From a virus, in IMG/VR virus record IMGVR_UViG_3300038386_000109: 64,000 nt of DNA, one strand, 5' to 3'. The position numbers and the translations under genes are program-made. Below, one piece after another: positions 37,921 to 48,985 of the stretch; the stretch's first letter is position 1, and each line of letters starts with the position of its first letter. The notes below the pieces were generated by a model that worked only from the letters and a program-made list of their open reading frames with translations, was not told the DNA's origin and did not search any database.

Positions 37921-38120
37921 AGCTGCGGCGACTTCATAACCGCAGAACGCACGGCCGCGTCCTTCGCCTCGAGCAACTTCCTCAGCGCCACAGTGCGCTC
38001 GGTGTTGCGCGGCAAGGTGTTGACGATCTTCAGGGCTAAATCGCAGAACGGCTTGCTCACCGGCTGTAGCTCCGGCTTCAGATGGTCCCATGCAAAAAAT
38101 TGCAGGATTGGCTCGTCCAT
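37917..38120 (-). CDS. Small helical-hairpin protein (possible Acb2/Tad1-like fold)
   Basis: QFFAWDHLKPELQPVSKPF...LPRNTERTVALRKLLEAKDAAVR. Confidence 0.55.
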   Translation of the reverse strand: MDEPILQFFAWDHLKPELQPVSKPFCDLALKIVNTLPRNTERTVALRKLLEAKDAAVRSAVMKSPQL

Positions 38121-38122
38121 TT

Positions 38123-38797
38123 TTATTTCCTCTGCACTGCTGGCTTCAGATATTTCTTTGTCGGGACTGGCAGACGCAGCTTATCCTTGATGCTGACCAG
38201 CGTGGCGACGGCCGCCTTGTTGTAGCGATAGGTCTGGAGCAGCGCCGGAATTTGCAGTGGGTTGGTTACGACCGAGCCTAAGATCGCCGACATATTCGGG
38301 CTGCCGTCACTATTCAGCGGGATCGTCGCGGCCGGCGGCAGCGTGAAGTCGTATGGGTCGGCAACAGCGCGGATCACGATAAACGGCAGTTTATGATCGG
38401 CCGCGATCTGGCCGACGATATGCGACTCCATGTCGACGACGCTGCTGCAGTAGACCTGCGCCATGTACTTCTTGGCCTCAGGCGTGGTCACCTCGACCAT
38501 CGCGCCGAGAACGCGCCACGGATAAAGGCCACCGCCCATGGTCCGAGACCACTCGACATCGCAGACAAACACCTCCTTGTCGGACTGCCGGATGACCTCT
38601 CGCGCAATAACCAGCTCACCTGGCCGCGCGCCCTCCGCCAGGGCACCGCACACACCAAAGCTGATCAGACCTGATAGGTCAGGCTCCCTCGCCAGCGCCG
38701 CGCGGATAGCCGCAGCATCGCCCTCGACCGTTGCGTCGCCGATGCTCGTGGCGATATTGCTCTCGTACGGCATGCCAGAAACGACAACGACGGTCAT
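38123..38797 (-). CDS. Nucleoside phosphorylase, HpnG-like / MTA-SAH nucleosidase family
   Basis: LISFGVCGAL...PGELVI...VVDMESH..GQIAA...PFIVIRAVADP..FTLP. Confidence 0.8.
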   Translation of the reverse strand: MTVVVVSGMPYESNIATSIGDATVEGDAAAIRAALAREPDLSGLISFGVCGALAEGARPGELVIAREVIRQSDKEVFVCDVEWSRTMGGGLYPWRVLGAMVEVTTPEAKKYMAQVYCSSVVDMESHIVGQIAADHKLPFIVIRAVADPYDFTLPPAATIPLNSDGSPNMSAILGSVVTNPLQIPALLQTYRYNKAAVATLVSIKDKLRLPVPTKKYLKPAVQRK

Positions 38798-38988
38798 TTT
38801 ATTCCTCGACAGACGTTACCGAACGCCAGCACGGCCGCGCAGCTCACAAACAAAATAAAGAACATGGTGGCAGCATTTCGGGATTCGGTCGTGCCGGTGC
38901 GCTCGTACAGGATAATCGAGCCGCCACACAGCACGGCATCTAAAAATCCGAGCGCCATCCACAAACCGCGCATCACGGGCCCGTCCAC
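38794..38988 (-). CDS. Small membrane protein
   Basis: Two hydrophobic segments. Confidence 0.45.
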   Translation of the reverse strand: MDGPVMRGLWMALGFLDAVLCGGSIILYERTGTTESRNAATMFFILFVSCAAVLAFGNVCRGIK

Positions 38989-39539
38989 GCTTCAGACTTC
39001 GAGCAGACCACGCAGAAACGGTTGGCCCGAGATTTATCGTAGACCCATTCATGCCTGCATGGAGGAGCTGTAGCCATAACCCGCTGCTCCATGGCCTGCA
39101 GGATATTGGCTACGCGCCCCAATGTATCGAAGAGCCCCGGGGCTATCTTGGCGTTACTGGCGGCAATGAGTGCGGTGAGATTGGCCGTTTCCTGTCTGGC
39201 CCTCTCCGCAACTTTATTCCCCTCCTTCACCGCAACAGTAAGCGCATCTATCGATACGGCGATGTCTACCAAAAAATTCTCTAACGGTGAGGATTCTGGC
39301 TTAGGTTCAGGCGTGGACTGCCCAGCATACCCGAGCTTCTCGCGAATTCTCTGTATGGTCGTGTTTCCAATATTTGGGATGCGCGCCAGTTTGTAATCGG
39401 AAGCTCGCCTGACAGCACCGACGGTCTCAAGACCATCTTCCTCCAGCCAGTGCGCCCTAAGGCGTGAATATGTCTGACGGTCGAGATCAGCAAGGCGATA
39501 ATCGTCAGGAATATTTTGCAGTGTCTCGTCGTTCGACAT
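38973..39539 (-). CDS. Protein with RNA polymerase alpha-CTD-like HhH domain
   Basis: GLETVGAVRRASDYKLARIPNIGNTTIQRIREKL. Confidence 0.6.
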   Translation of the reverse strand: MSNDETLQNIPDDYRLADLDRQTYSRLRAHWLEEDGLETVGAVRRASDYKLARIPNIGNTTIQRIREKLGYAGQSTPEPKPESSPLENFLVDIAVSIDALTVAVKEGNKVAERARQETANLTALIAASNAKIAPGLFDTLGRVANILQAMEQRVMATAPPCRHEWVYDKSRANRFCVVCSKSEAWTGP

Positions 39540-39551
39540 TTTAATCCCCCG

Positions 39552-40856
39552 TTATCTTTTCTGCTGAGCATAGGCTAGCAGACTATCCGGCACCTTGAAA
39601 TAGCCCACCCCTCCGCGGATCAGGTCGGAGAGCGCATACCGGCACGAATCGATGCCGTGGTCATGCATCGACACCACTACCGGCAGGATGCGATTAGTTC
39701 GCGCTTCCTTCTTGTACGAGTATAGTCGAAATTCCTGGGCGATGTTTGGGCAGCGCGGATGCACGACGATCCGCTTGAACTGCTTCATGTAGGCGATGCC
39801 GTCCTCGACGCTGCCCTTCCACTTCTCTGCGGCGGTAGCGCGTGGAAAACCGTGCCGCTTCATGTAGGCGATCGTCTCGGGGCGAGCGTTATCGCACATG
39901 ATCGGCCACTCGGCCGTGTACGGCACGTTCGCCTTCCAGAGCGCCGGCAGGTCGTCCATCTCGACGTGGTAGCCGTAGGCCTCGTGATCGATGAACAGCA
40001 CGTCCTCGTGGATGAAGCAGCGGATCAGGACGCTCGGGTCCTCGGCGAACCCCCAGTCGGCGCCATAGTAGAACCTGGCATCCTCTGGCGTGACAAAATC
40101 GTCGACCGTCACGCGATTGCGGAAAATGACCGCCTCGCTGAGCTTGCGGACGTGACCGTTCCAAATCCAGTCGTACGCATCGGGATCGATGCGCAGCATG
40201 TGCCGGCGCTGACGGTCGAGGCCGGCAGGGAACCACGGGTTATCTTTCCAGGTGACGTGCTTATGCATTGTCCCCGGCGGCGGATGCTTGATCCACATCT
40301 CGTAGGTCGGGTCTTCCTCGCTGTCGGGGTTGAACGTCACCCAGAGCTGGCTGCCCTCGACGCGATCAAGGGTTGGCATCAACACCTGCCAGCTGTCACC
40401 GGAAACGACATGCGCCTCCTCAACCCAACATCGATCGATGCCTTCGGCGGAGCGAACCGCCTGCGGGTCTTTCTTGAGACCCTTGAACATAAATTCTGAG
40501 CCGGTGTGCGGACACCGAATTTCGTCCCGCTTGATGTCGTAATATTTTTCCAGATTCAGCCGATATATTGCGTCGACGAGCAGCTTGCGGACCGAATCCC
40601 GCATGGTCGACTGGAACTCACGAGTACAGAGGTACCGGTGACCCTCCTGGCACGCCTCAATGACGAAGTGGGTTGCTACACTGCGCGACTTGGCGCCGCC
40701 GCGGCCGCCCTCGAGCACGTTGTACGGATGCCGGCCAAGGAACGGCTCGAAGTACGGCGGCAGCGCCAGTTCGACCTTCTGCCTGACAATATGGCTCTCC
40801 GCCTGCGGCCGCTCCTCGTCGAGAAGAGACAAATCACATGCTCCCGATCGGCCCAA
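39552..40856 (-). CDS. Terminase large subunit (PBSX family)
   Basis: EGGRGGAKS Walker A, WVEEA Walker B, TFNP, GADWGFAEDP, HDHGIDSCRYA. Confidence 0.92.
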   Translation of the reverse strand: MGRSGACDLSLLDEERPQAESHIVRQKVELALPPYFEPFLGRHPYNVLEGGRGGAKSRSVATHFVIEACQEGHRYLCTREFQSTMRDSVRKLLVDAIYRLNLEKYYDIKRDEIRCPHTGSEFMFKGLKKDPQAVRSAEGIDRCWVEEAHVVSGDSWQVLMPTLDRVEGSQLWVTFNPDSEEDPTYEMWIKHPPPGTMHKHVTWKDNPWFPAGLDRQRRHMLRIDPDAYDWIWNGHVRKLSEAVIFRNRVTVDDFVTPEDARFYYGADWGFAEDPSVLIRCFIHEDVLFIDHEAYGYHVEMDDLPALWKANVPYTAEWPIMCDNARPETIAYMKRHGFPRATAAEKWKGSVEDGIAYMKQFKRIVVHPRCPNIAQEFRLYSYKKEARTNRILPVVVSMHDHGIDSCRYALSDLIRGGVGYFKVPDSLLAYAQQKR

Positions 40857-41130
40857 AGACGCAGATCAAAACAGGGAGTCCGCTGGGTACCTCGGTCGCC
40901 GTCGGACTTTCGCAGATATGCCAGTGCTCGTCCGGCGACGGCTGTACCTGGCGGTAGGTGATCTTGCGACCATTCGGGAATTGAAAGCCGCCAGCTATCT
41001 CGACCGGATTCTCAGCATCAGCGAGCTGACGGCAGTCCTTATCCGAGCAACAGTTCGCCGGATACCATGAGTGAGAAGCAGCAGTCCCGCCCAACGCGAC
41101 GACCAGCAATATTCCGATCCAGCACCTCAT
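40834..41130 (-). CDS. Secreted Cys-rich hypothetical protein
   Basis: Signal peptide then HSWYPANCCSDKDC. Confidence 0.6.
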   Translation of the reverse strand: MRCWIGILLVVALGGTAASHSWYPANCCSDKDCRQLADAENPVEIAGGFQFPNGRKITYRQVQPSPDEHWHICESPTATEVPSGLPVLICVFGPIGSM

Positions 41131-42525
41131 TCATAACCCTGTAATCGTCATCTTAATCGCTCGCCTTGGGCACAGCTGGTTCTCGCAATACCTTGTCGCA
41201 TCCGCAGGGCATACGCAACCGATCGGACGCTTCAGTCGATCGACATCCTGGCGTAGATCGGCAACCTGCTCGATCAGCTGTTTGATGCACTGTGCTTGGT
41301 GACGCTCAATATTATCGTCAACGCGCGGTTCGGTCACCCTTAATCACCCTCAGTTTCGGTCGATCCTTGCGCGTGTACCATAGGTGTGGCGGCACATTGC
41401 CTCTCGGATTTAGGACCCACGACAGGGCCCTGAATGCCGCACACAATTCGTTCATTGGCAGGTCCTCGTCGAAACCCTGGTTAATGATGGCGCTGAGCCT
41501 GCGATGCTCCTCCTTGATAACAGAGCGCCAGATCAAACGCCTCAACCACTTCATCGCGCCGCAGCCCCAGCGATAGTCTCGAAGAACCAGCGCTCATTGA
41601 TCTTCTGCGCCAGGTCGATCGCCTCATGAGCCTTCTTGCGCAAACGTTCGACCTCGGCCTTCAGCGCCTCATGCCATTCGCGTAGTATAACGCACTCTTC
41701 GGCGTACTTGGCACACGCCGTCAGCGCACCCTGGCAGGCAACGCGCAGCCGCTCGATCTCGGTCGCGGCTTCATTTATCGTATCGAATGCTCGCCCGGTC
41801 AGATCGAGGTCTTCGGCTAGATAGCGCAGCCGCTCGACGACGTCCTTATCTTCTGCATTTCCCATCTGATTCCCCCGAATTCACGACACAAATTCTATCT
41901 TGTGATGGATCAGCACGTCCACCATGCGCTCGATTACCTGCGCGACGGCGTCCTGGTGGTGCCGATCGATATGACGCAGTACGGCATCGCCCTGCCCGCG
42001 CTCGAAGGCGCGAGTTGCGGCCAGACCGTACAGCTCATCCATCTCGCGCAGGTGCTCAAGACAGATATTCCAGACCTTGACGGCATCTGGAGGGAGACGG
42101 CTGGTCAGCGGATCGTCAATTAGCTTGAGGGTCATGCGCGGATATCTATGAAAATACCGCCTACGACCTTGGGCTTCCCAATCGGCCTGCCGCTGGCATC
42201 CAGCTCAACAACCTCGAAACCCCATCCCCAAGGGACAGCTATGAGCGCGGTGCGCTTGGCCCGTTGCTGCGGCCAAAAAACTCCCGCTCGATCCGTCGCT
42301 GAAGCCATTCCTCCACCCGATCCATCACACCAGGCCTTTATCGATCGCCAGCCTCGACGGCATGGTCACGATGATAATCTTTTTCGCCTCATCCTTGAAG
42401 ACGTACTCGACCTGAGACTTCGGTATCCACACAGCATTTTCGCGCTCGCCGTCGTCCGACGCCAAGATCGCATCCCAGGTCTGGTGGTGCAGCTGCATTT
42501 CGATGTCGACGAGATCGGACTTCAC
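41131..42525 (-). CDS. Cluster of small hypothetical ORFs (41131-41337, 41318-41554, 41551-41865, 41881-42135, 42325-42525)
   Basis: Same strand, tightly packed, several overlapping start/stop codons. Confidence 0.5.
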
Positions 42526-42528
42526 AGC

Positions 42529-43207
42529 TCAAACCCCTTCGAACAGCGGCATTATGGCCGCCTGCGCTCTCGTCGGCCTGTCGTCGACGATCATCTTTTT
42601 TGGCTGGTGGCCGTACCAGCTCATTCTCTTAACGATGAACCCGCAACTCTCATGGTGCGGAGTGGGATAAAAAACAAACCAGGCGAACGGCACGCCGGAC
42701 TTGTCGAGCTTTTTCCCCTCGTAGCCCTCGCGGTGCATCATCGGCAGCCGCTCTCGGCCGACCAGAACCCGCACCAGGTGCTCGTCGATCAGGTCGGATT
42801 TGCGTGCACCCTCCATGTATATCAGCCGCAGCAGCACGACGACCTTGCAGCCGAGGCCGAGGCCGTGACGGATGAACTGATCTGCCAGCTTGAAAGGCGG
42901 GTTGGTGACGATGGTCTTGATGCCGTACGGCGCCTGGTGCGTCATCAGAAAATCAACGCCGGTCGCTATTACCATGATCGGCGCCGGGATAGGCCACCAG
43001 ATCGCTGGTGACCACGACGTAGCCTTTGGACCGCAGTTCCCGTGCAATAGCGCCTCGCCCAGCGCATGGCTCCCAGATGTCCTTGTCGAGGGTCTCGACC
43101 GCCATTAACGCATGTACGGCCTCCGGTGGCGTTTCATTGAGGTCGTCCTTGCGAACCCTGAGGGCGGCCCGATCGGCGCCTTGATTTGAAGATTTGCGCT
43201 TATTCAT
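42529..43207 (-). pseudogene. N6-adenine DNA methyltransferase, frameshifted near 42965
   Basis: Motif I (DIWEPCAGRGAI) in ORF 42953-43207 and motif IV (IVTNPPF) in ORF 42529-43047. Confidence 0.75.
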
Positions 43208-46200
43208 TCCCCCCTCGGAGCGGATTCGGTAAGAGCGGCATCAATCATGTCTGGCCAAACATCTACCAAAACATCCCGCCCCGTAAGATAACCCTCGTCG
43301 GGGTGGAATTGCGGCATCTGAGAATCGCCTGCGGCTAGCATCCCCTCTGTCGGCTCTCGCATTGCCTGGATAGCCACGCGGGCGTGCTTCAGTGAGGCTT
43401 TACGTCGGCTCTCTTGAGCAAGAGTGTCCCCTATTTTGCTGTACCAGCCCCACGCGGCAGGTGCCAACGCCTTTGCGACCCGCACAACCATTTCGTTGAC
43501 ATCGACGATATGGCCCTCACTCATCCCCGTTTCCTTTCCGCAGTTCCCGTATCTATCTCAAACACAAGAGAGCCCACGTCAGATCGCTTAAGCTTTAGCC
43601 CGCGACATTTGATGATCGTTAGCGTTTCGGGCAGCCCGGCTTCGATCCCGAATGAAGCTTTATCCATTCCATTCCTGATTTCGACAGCCAAGTCGTTGCC
43701 ACTGACTTCAATCTCGATCATCCCGTTTCCTTTCCGCAGTGTGGAGAGGCTAAGCTCGCCGAACCATCGCGAGCCCAACAATGGCTAGAGAATTGTCGTA
43801 AGCCCGGCGGGCGCGACCATGTTCGACTAGTAGCTCAAAGGTTTTCATCTCCTCCGGGTCGAGCTGGCCCACGCAGAGATTCCATCCTCGGAAGTCGCTT
43901 TCGACATCGTTTAGCTCCTCTTCCGAAAGCTCTTTCATTTGCTGGCGTGTTCTCATCCCCTCACTCTCCATCCGTGCGGGAGAGGGGGCGCCGCAGCCCA
44001 TGAATAGCATGCCGAGCGACGGCCTGGATATTATCGCTCGTGCCACCGGGCGGCCAGGCTGCCGGGCTCGGTAGGCCATCAAGCATGTGCCGAACCATCG
44101 CTTCTGCTTGTGTGGCGGTGAGCAGGTTAGTGCCCACCGGCGTAGCGTCTACCTCGGGGGAATAGTTCGGGCGCTTATAGTTGATCCCGTTGTCGGGGTC
44201 GAAATCTGGCGGCAATCGCCAAGCCAAGAAGCGATCAACCATATGCTTGATTTGGGCGTCCGTGAACATCATAGCCTCCGCTTGCATCGCGCGAATCTTC
44301 CAAGGGCAAGGGAAATTGCCCCACTCGTCCCCGACCGCGTCGTGACAGATGCCCTCGACAGCAAGCATCCTCGCTTCATCCCGCTCAGCCTGTAGCTGAG
44401 CGATGCGGGCGTTGGCATCGACAAGTTCGTTGCGAAGATTAGCTGCAATGTAAGCATGGCCAGTTATTGGCATCTCTCACCTCCCGTTTCCGCTCGTCAC
44501 CCGTGCGTAATCCGTGCGGCAAGCCGCGTTCGTGAGGGCCGACCTCCGCCTTGGTAAGGGAGAGGTCGAGAGTTGCCCCTGCGGAGTCCTTGACGTACAG
44601 CACATCTCACTCCTCCCCTGTCTTGCGGGCCGGATCGCTGTCGGGGTGGCGGGAGAAGTGGGCGGCGGCATCATCAAAATGCCAAATGCCGAGGCAGCCG
44701 CGAAGGCGCTCAAGCGTGCCTTCCTCTCCCCACGATTGCCGTGCTTTTGCTAGGACGCGCACTATCGCCTCAGCCGATTTCGCGCGGGCACGCAGATCAG
44801 CGCTAATTCGGCAAGCAGACTCGAACCGAGCCTTGTAATCATCCCGCTCTTCTCGCGCCTTGTCCCGCTCGCGCTCTAGTTCGACGATGTGCTTCCGAAG
44901 CTCGGATAAGCAATGCCAGCATGTTCCAGCGCTACAAATGTCCGGCGAGTTATCAAGTCCGATGGGGCATTTAACGAACGCCTCTAGTTCGACGATGCGA
45001 GCGCGGGCTTCAGCCTGAGAAAAATAATCTCGCGAATGACGGCAGTTTATAGCGGCCTCTTTTGACAAGCATGGAATTGCTGCTGACCCCGACACTCGTA
45101 TTCGATCACAAAATTCACAGAACCGGCTCACTCCCCGCCTCCCTGTGTCTCTGAGGCGGCGCGGGAGCGATCAGGCAATGCTTTGCGAAGTACGTCGATG
45201 ACGCCTTCCATATCCCATCCCATTCCGAATGCGATGACCGCATTTTCCGCCGCTTCCTCCAGGCCAGATCGCGCGGGGTGCGTGTAGAGAGGTTCGACAA
45301 TTGCCCCCTCAAAAAAAGGCGGCCCGTCAGTAGTAATTTCCCAGCGATTACCCGGCCAAGCAGGGTTTCGATACAACCACGCGCGCGGCGCCTCTCGCGC
45401 GTCGGATGGTGGGGCAACCGCACGCATGGCTTTGTAGATCGCCGCGACCTCTTCGGTATCGAGAGAGACGCGACCATTCCGAGTGGCGTACTTGGCCATT
45501 TCCGGGTACGGAATCATCGGGCTTGCCTCGATGCCCGCCTGCTTCATCTCTTCGGTCGGCTCATCGGATGGTGGGCGCTCTTCAGCCTCAGCGTAGTGAA
45601 TACATTCCTCCGCTTCGTGTGTGTTAGTGCAACGATCTCCTCTATAACCACAGTACATACATGGCCATATCTCGGCGTCGGATGGTGCGCCCCCGGAACG
45701 GTGCTCCACCTTCCGTTCATCAGATGCATGGCGATCGACAAAATCCTGATCGTATGCGCGCCGCCATGTGTCGGGGCGGCCGGGGATATTGTTGTCGGAC
45801 GGCCCGGGCTTTGTCGGGTCGGTCATGACAGCACCGGCTCAAACCAAGTCGCGGGATATCCGGCAGCCTCGTCGATCTCGGCGACGTGAACGGCTACTAG
45901 GCCAAGTTTGTCAGCGACCTCAGGCATGGCAGCTTGCAGCAATAGAGGCAGTTCGCGGGTCACCGTGATGGTGTAGGTCTTGCCGTACTCCGGCAGCTTC
46001 AGAACGTAAGCCATCTTCAGTAACGCCGCCAACCTAGCCTCTTCCGCCTCTTCGAGCTCGAGCCTGCAGCGGACCTTCATACCGACTTCCAGGCGCTTGG
46101 GCTTAGCCCCCCTCAGTCTCCACCGGCGCGACATATACGGCAGGCACTCGCTGGCCATCAGGCTGCACTTCCTTGAGGCAGACGACAAAATCATCCAAAT

Positions 46201-46315
46201 AGGCCGACGCCGACACCACGGTGCAGACGTCGTCCTTCTTCGGCAGAACGAGGTCGACTCCCCTCTTTTTCTTGGTGTTCGCGACCAACATATCGCGAAC
46301 AGCGTCAGGTTCCAC
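43204..46315 (-). CDS. Run of accessory hypothetical ORFs (43204-43524, 43521-43781, 43750-, 43961-44473, 44607-45131, 45128-45826, 46103-46315)
   Basis: Packed minus-strand ORFs; two contain the phage AMREPTEGM / EPTEEM..AG motif; boundaries uncertain. Confidence 0.45.
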
Positions 46316-46593
46316 CTGACCTTCGAACCTGCTTCCAGCATTTTATTCTCCCCCGGTATTCTCCGCCATAATTAAGGTCGTCACACCAAGCTGCCGCTGG
46401 ACCCTAAAAATATGACCCTCAGAACATTTATAGCAGGTCGTGTGAATATTCGGATCGTCGTTGTGGTAGGCCCCGTCCTCGTCATAATACGGGGTCCATG
46501 CCATGGCGGTCCTGGAGCTGCCGAGGTCGAATACACGGCTCCCTCGACCTCGAAGACTTCCGACATCTGATTCTCCCCCGAGAGATAGGCCGA

Positions 46594-47016
46594 TCAGGCG
46601 GTGCCCTGATGCGGCTGGTTTATACCTTGTTTTGCTGCTTCCATAAAGCAGTTAGCGGCGGCCTCGCCCATTTGTGTGTTGAAGACGTCGGCGATACTTT
46701 CCATCGCGATCAGCCACGGACACGGCAGCTCATGCCCGCAAGGCTCGAATGCACAGACGATCTGGGGCGCATAGATCGAGACCACGGCTAGGGCAACACC
46801 CTCGACGATGCCGGTACTTTCCTCTTCGGTCGCCATATTTCTACTACCATTTCCAGGGCATTCGCTTATGGCGGCAATCAGCGCCTTCGCGACCTTGCCG
46901 TACGAATTGATGCGAGCGACAGCCCTTGCATCACCTTCGGCTCGAGCCCGTTCGGTGTCGGCAGCGAGCCTCTTATCGAGCGCCTCGTAGCTCTGGTTTC
47001 CAACGCTTATTAGCAT
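46594..47016 (-). CDS. Hypothetical protein
   Basis: 140 aa, directly after TerS. Confidence 0.5.
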   Translation of the reverse strand: MLISVGNQSYEALDKRLAADTERARAEGDARAVARINSYGKVAKALIAAISECPGNGSRNMATEEESTGIVEGVALAVVSIYAPQIVCAFEPCGHELPCPWLIAMESIADVFNTQMGEAAANCFMEAAKQGINQPHQGTA

Positions 47017-47712
47017 TCATTCCTCCCCTACAAATTTCTCGCGCTCGCGCTTGGCGTCAAGAATAGTTCCCTTGGCGTGATCCGCATCGGCTGGTGCCAA
47101 CTCCGGCATATCATCGGTGACCTTCCAGTCCTTCGGCTTGTCGGGCCGGCCGAAGGTGATGACAAACTCTGGTGTGAGCTGGGACTGCGTTACCTGATCT
47201 GGGTCCTCGGCGTGGGCCCGTCGGCTGATCCAGCTATTCGCCCCGCCTTCGATGTGCCCCATGGACTTTTCGAGCAGGTGAGCCTCCGCGAGAACATTAC
47301 GAACATCGACCATCCCCGAGCCGGCTTTAATCGAAAGACCTACAAGCTTCTCGCCGTAAGTACGGGCGCGGATGTAGCAAGCCTCCTCATACCTTTTCCT
47401 AAATTCATCGTTCTCATGCAGCCAGCGATAGAAAGCTGTGACGCCCACATCTTGGTCTGCGAGCATATCTGTGAGGCTTGCGCCATTGCAGATGGCATCG
47501 AACATCCGGTCGGCCAACTCTGGAGTGAGCTTAGTTGGCCGACCGGGTCCGAGCTTACGTCTCTCGTACTCAAGCCTGCTGTCGTAGAGGGCTACCGGCT
47601 TGGGGCTGTCCTTTGGCATCGGCGCCTGGTTGCGAGCGGTTCTGCGCGAGCTGGCCGGCTTGCTGCTGGACCTGTTCGGCTTGCTTGACGCTTTCGTCTT
47701 GGACATCGCCAT
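47017..47712 (-). CDS. Terminase small subunit
   Basis: GRPTKLTPELADRMFDAICNGASL...AFYRWL...EFRKRYEEA HTH pattern. Confidence 0.75.
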   Translation of the reverse strand: MAMSKTKASSKPNRSSSKPASSRRTARNQAPMPKDSPKPVALYDSRLEYERRKLGPGRPTKLTPELADRMFDAICNGASLTDMLADQDVGVTAFYRWLHENDEFRKRYEEACYIRARTYGEKLVGLSIKAGSGMVDVRNVLAEAHLLEKSMGHIEGGANSWISRRAHAEDPDQVTQSQLTPEFVITFGRPDKPKDWKVTDDMPELAPADADHAKGTILDAKREREKFVGEE

Positions 47713-48893
47713 CTTCGTCGAACCTGGTTTTATTCAGAGCCCTTGCGAGCTGCTGAATATCTTTATTGCCGGGAGCCACTGCCTGGAACGCGATCCCGAT
47801 GGCGCGAAGGAAGTGACCGTAGCCCGGGCCGCCATCCTTGTTGGACTGCCGCACGACACCCTTCAGGTGATCGATGTGCTTCTGTACCTCTTCCTGTTTC
47901 ATCATGGTGTGCCTGCCTCAGTGATCGAGAACTAACGCGCATGAATGTAGCACTCCTCAGTCGGCGCGACCACCCTGGCCTTGAATGTGGCTCAGCGCAT
48001 CCATCGATGCTTCCGCGACGGCCATGGAGACCTTGTGCACCAATTCTTGCTGCTTCAGCGACAGGGCGCGAATCATTGTCCGTAGCTGTCCGACATCACG
48101 AAGGACCACCATCTGCATGCTGACCACTGGCTGCAGTGTTGGGTCCTCCTCGAGCACCTGCTTGCAGACGGCAATCACCTGGGTCGCGGCCGCGTCGGCG
48201 ATCTTGCCTATCTCTGCGTTGTCCGTCATGACACCACCGTCCCGTTTGCGATCCGGTCCTCCGTCATGCGGGCCTCAAACCGCTCAAAACTCTCGGGCTG
48301 AAGGTGCAGATTTTCGACCATGCCGTGATAAATCGAGAGCGCCTCGGCGGCGAGCATGCCATTCGGATGGCGCATGCCGACAACCTCAAATGCATGCATC
48401 AGGTGGGCGTAAAAATGCTGCGGCAGGTGGCCGAGCATCGAGGGTCTCCACCTAGCTGGTGGCAGGCTTTTGAAAAAGGCGCCAGGCACATCGATCTCCC
48501 GCGCATCAGCCGGCACCATGAAGCAGAAGCGCAGGAATGCGACGAGGCCTCGCGCCACCGCATCCGGTGTATCAGGGAACGTGGGCTGGAAGCCCTTCTG
48601 GACGACATCGCAGCCGCGGACCCCGGTCAGCAGTGTACCCTGCTCGCGCAACGGCAATTCCATCACCCAGTCCTGTAGAACGCTCTGCATTTTTATTCCC
48701 CCGGTTGATCCAACATCGACGGCTGGTGCTGCCGGCGATAATCATCGGCGATCGCCTGCATGATCGCGGTCTCGTAGTCGGCCTTCTCCTGCGTCATGCG
48801 CTTCGTGTACACGAGGCGGCGGTAGACCTTCTTGCGCTGAGATACCTCGCGCTCGGCAGCCTGCATTTTCTGCTCGGCAGTGAATTCACCCAT
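47570..48893 (-). CDS. Hypothetical ORFs (47570-47905, 47957-48229, 48226-48690, 48693-48893)
   Basis: Operon-like packing; 48226-48690 has a SVLQDWV..L..QGTLL..VRGCD phage motif. Confidence 0.5.
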
Positions 48894-48985
48894 GTGTCAG
48901 TAACCCAGCACCTTTACAGTGATCTCGAATATTGCCCAGATGACTATCGTTATACTCGTCACGACCTCGAGCATGTCCCGCCAAT

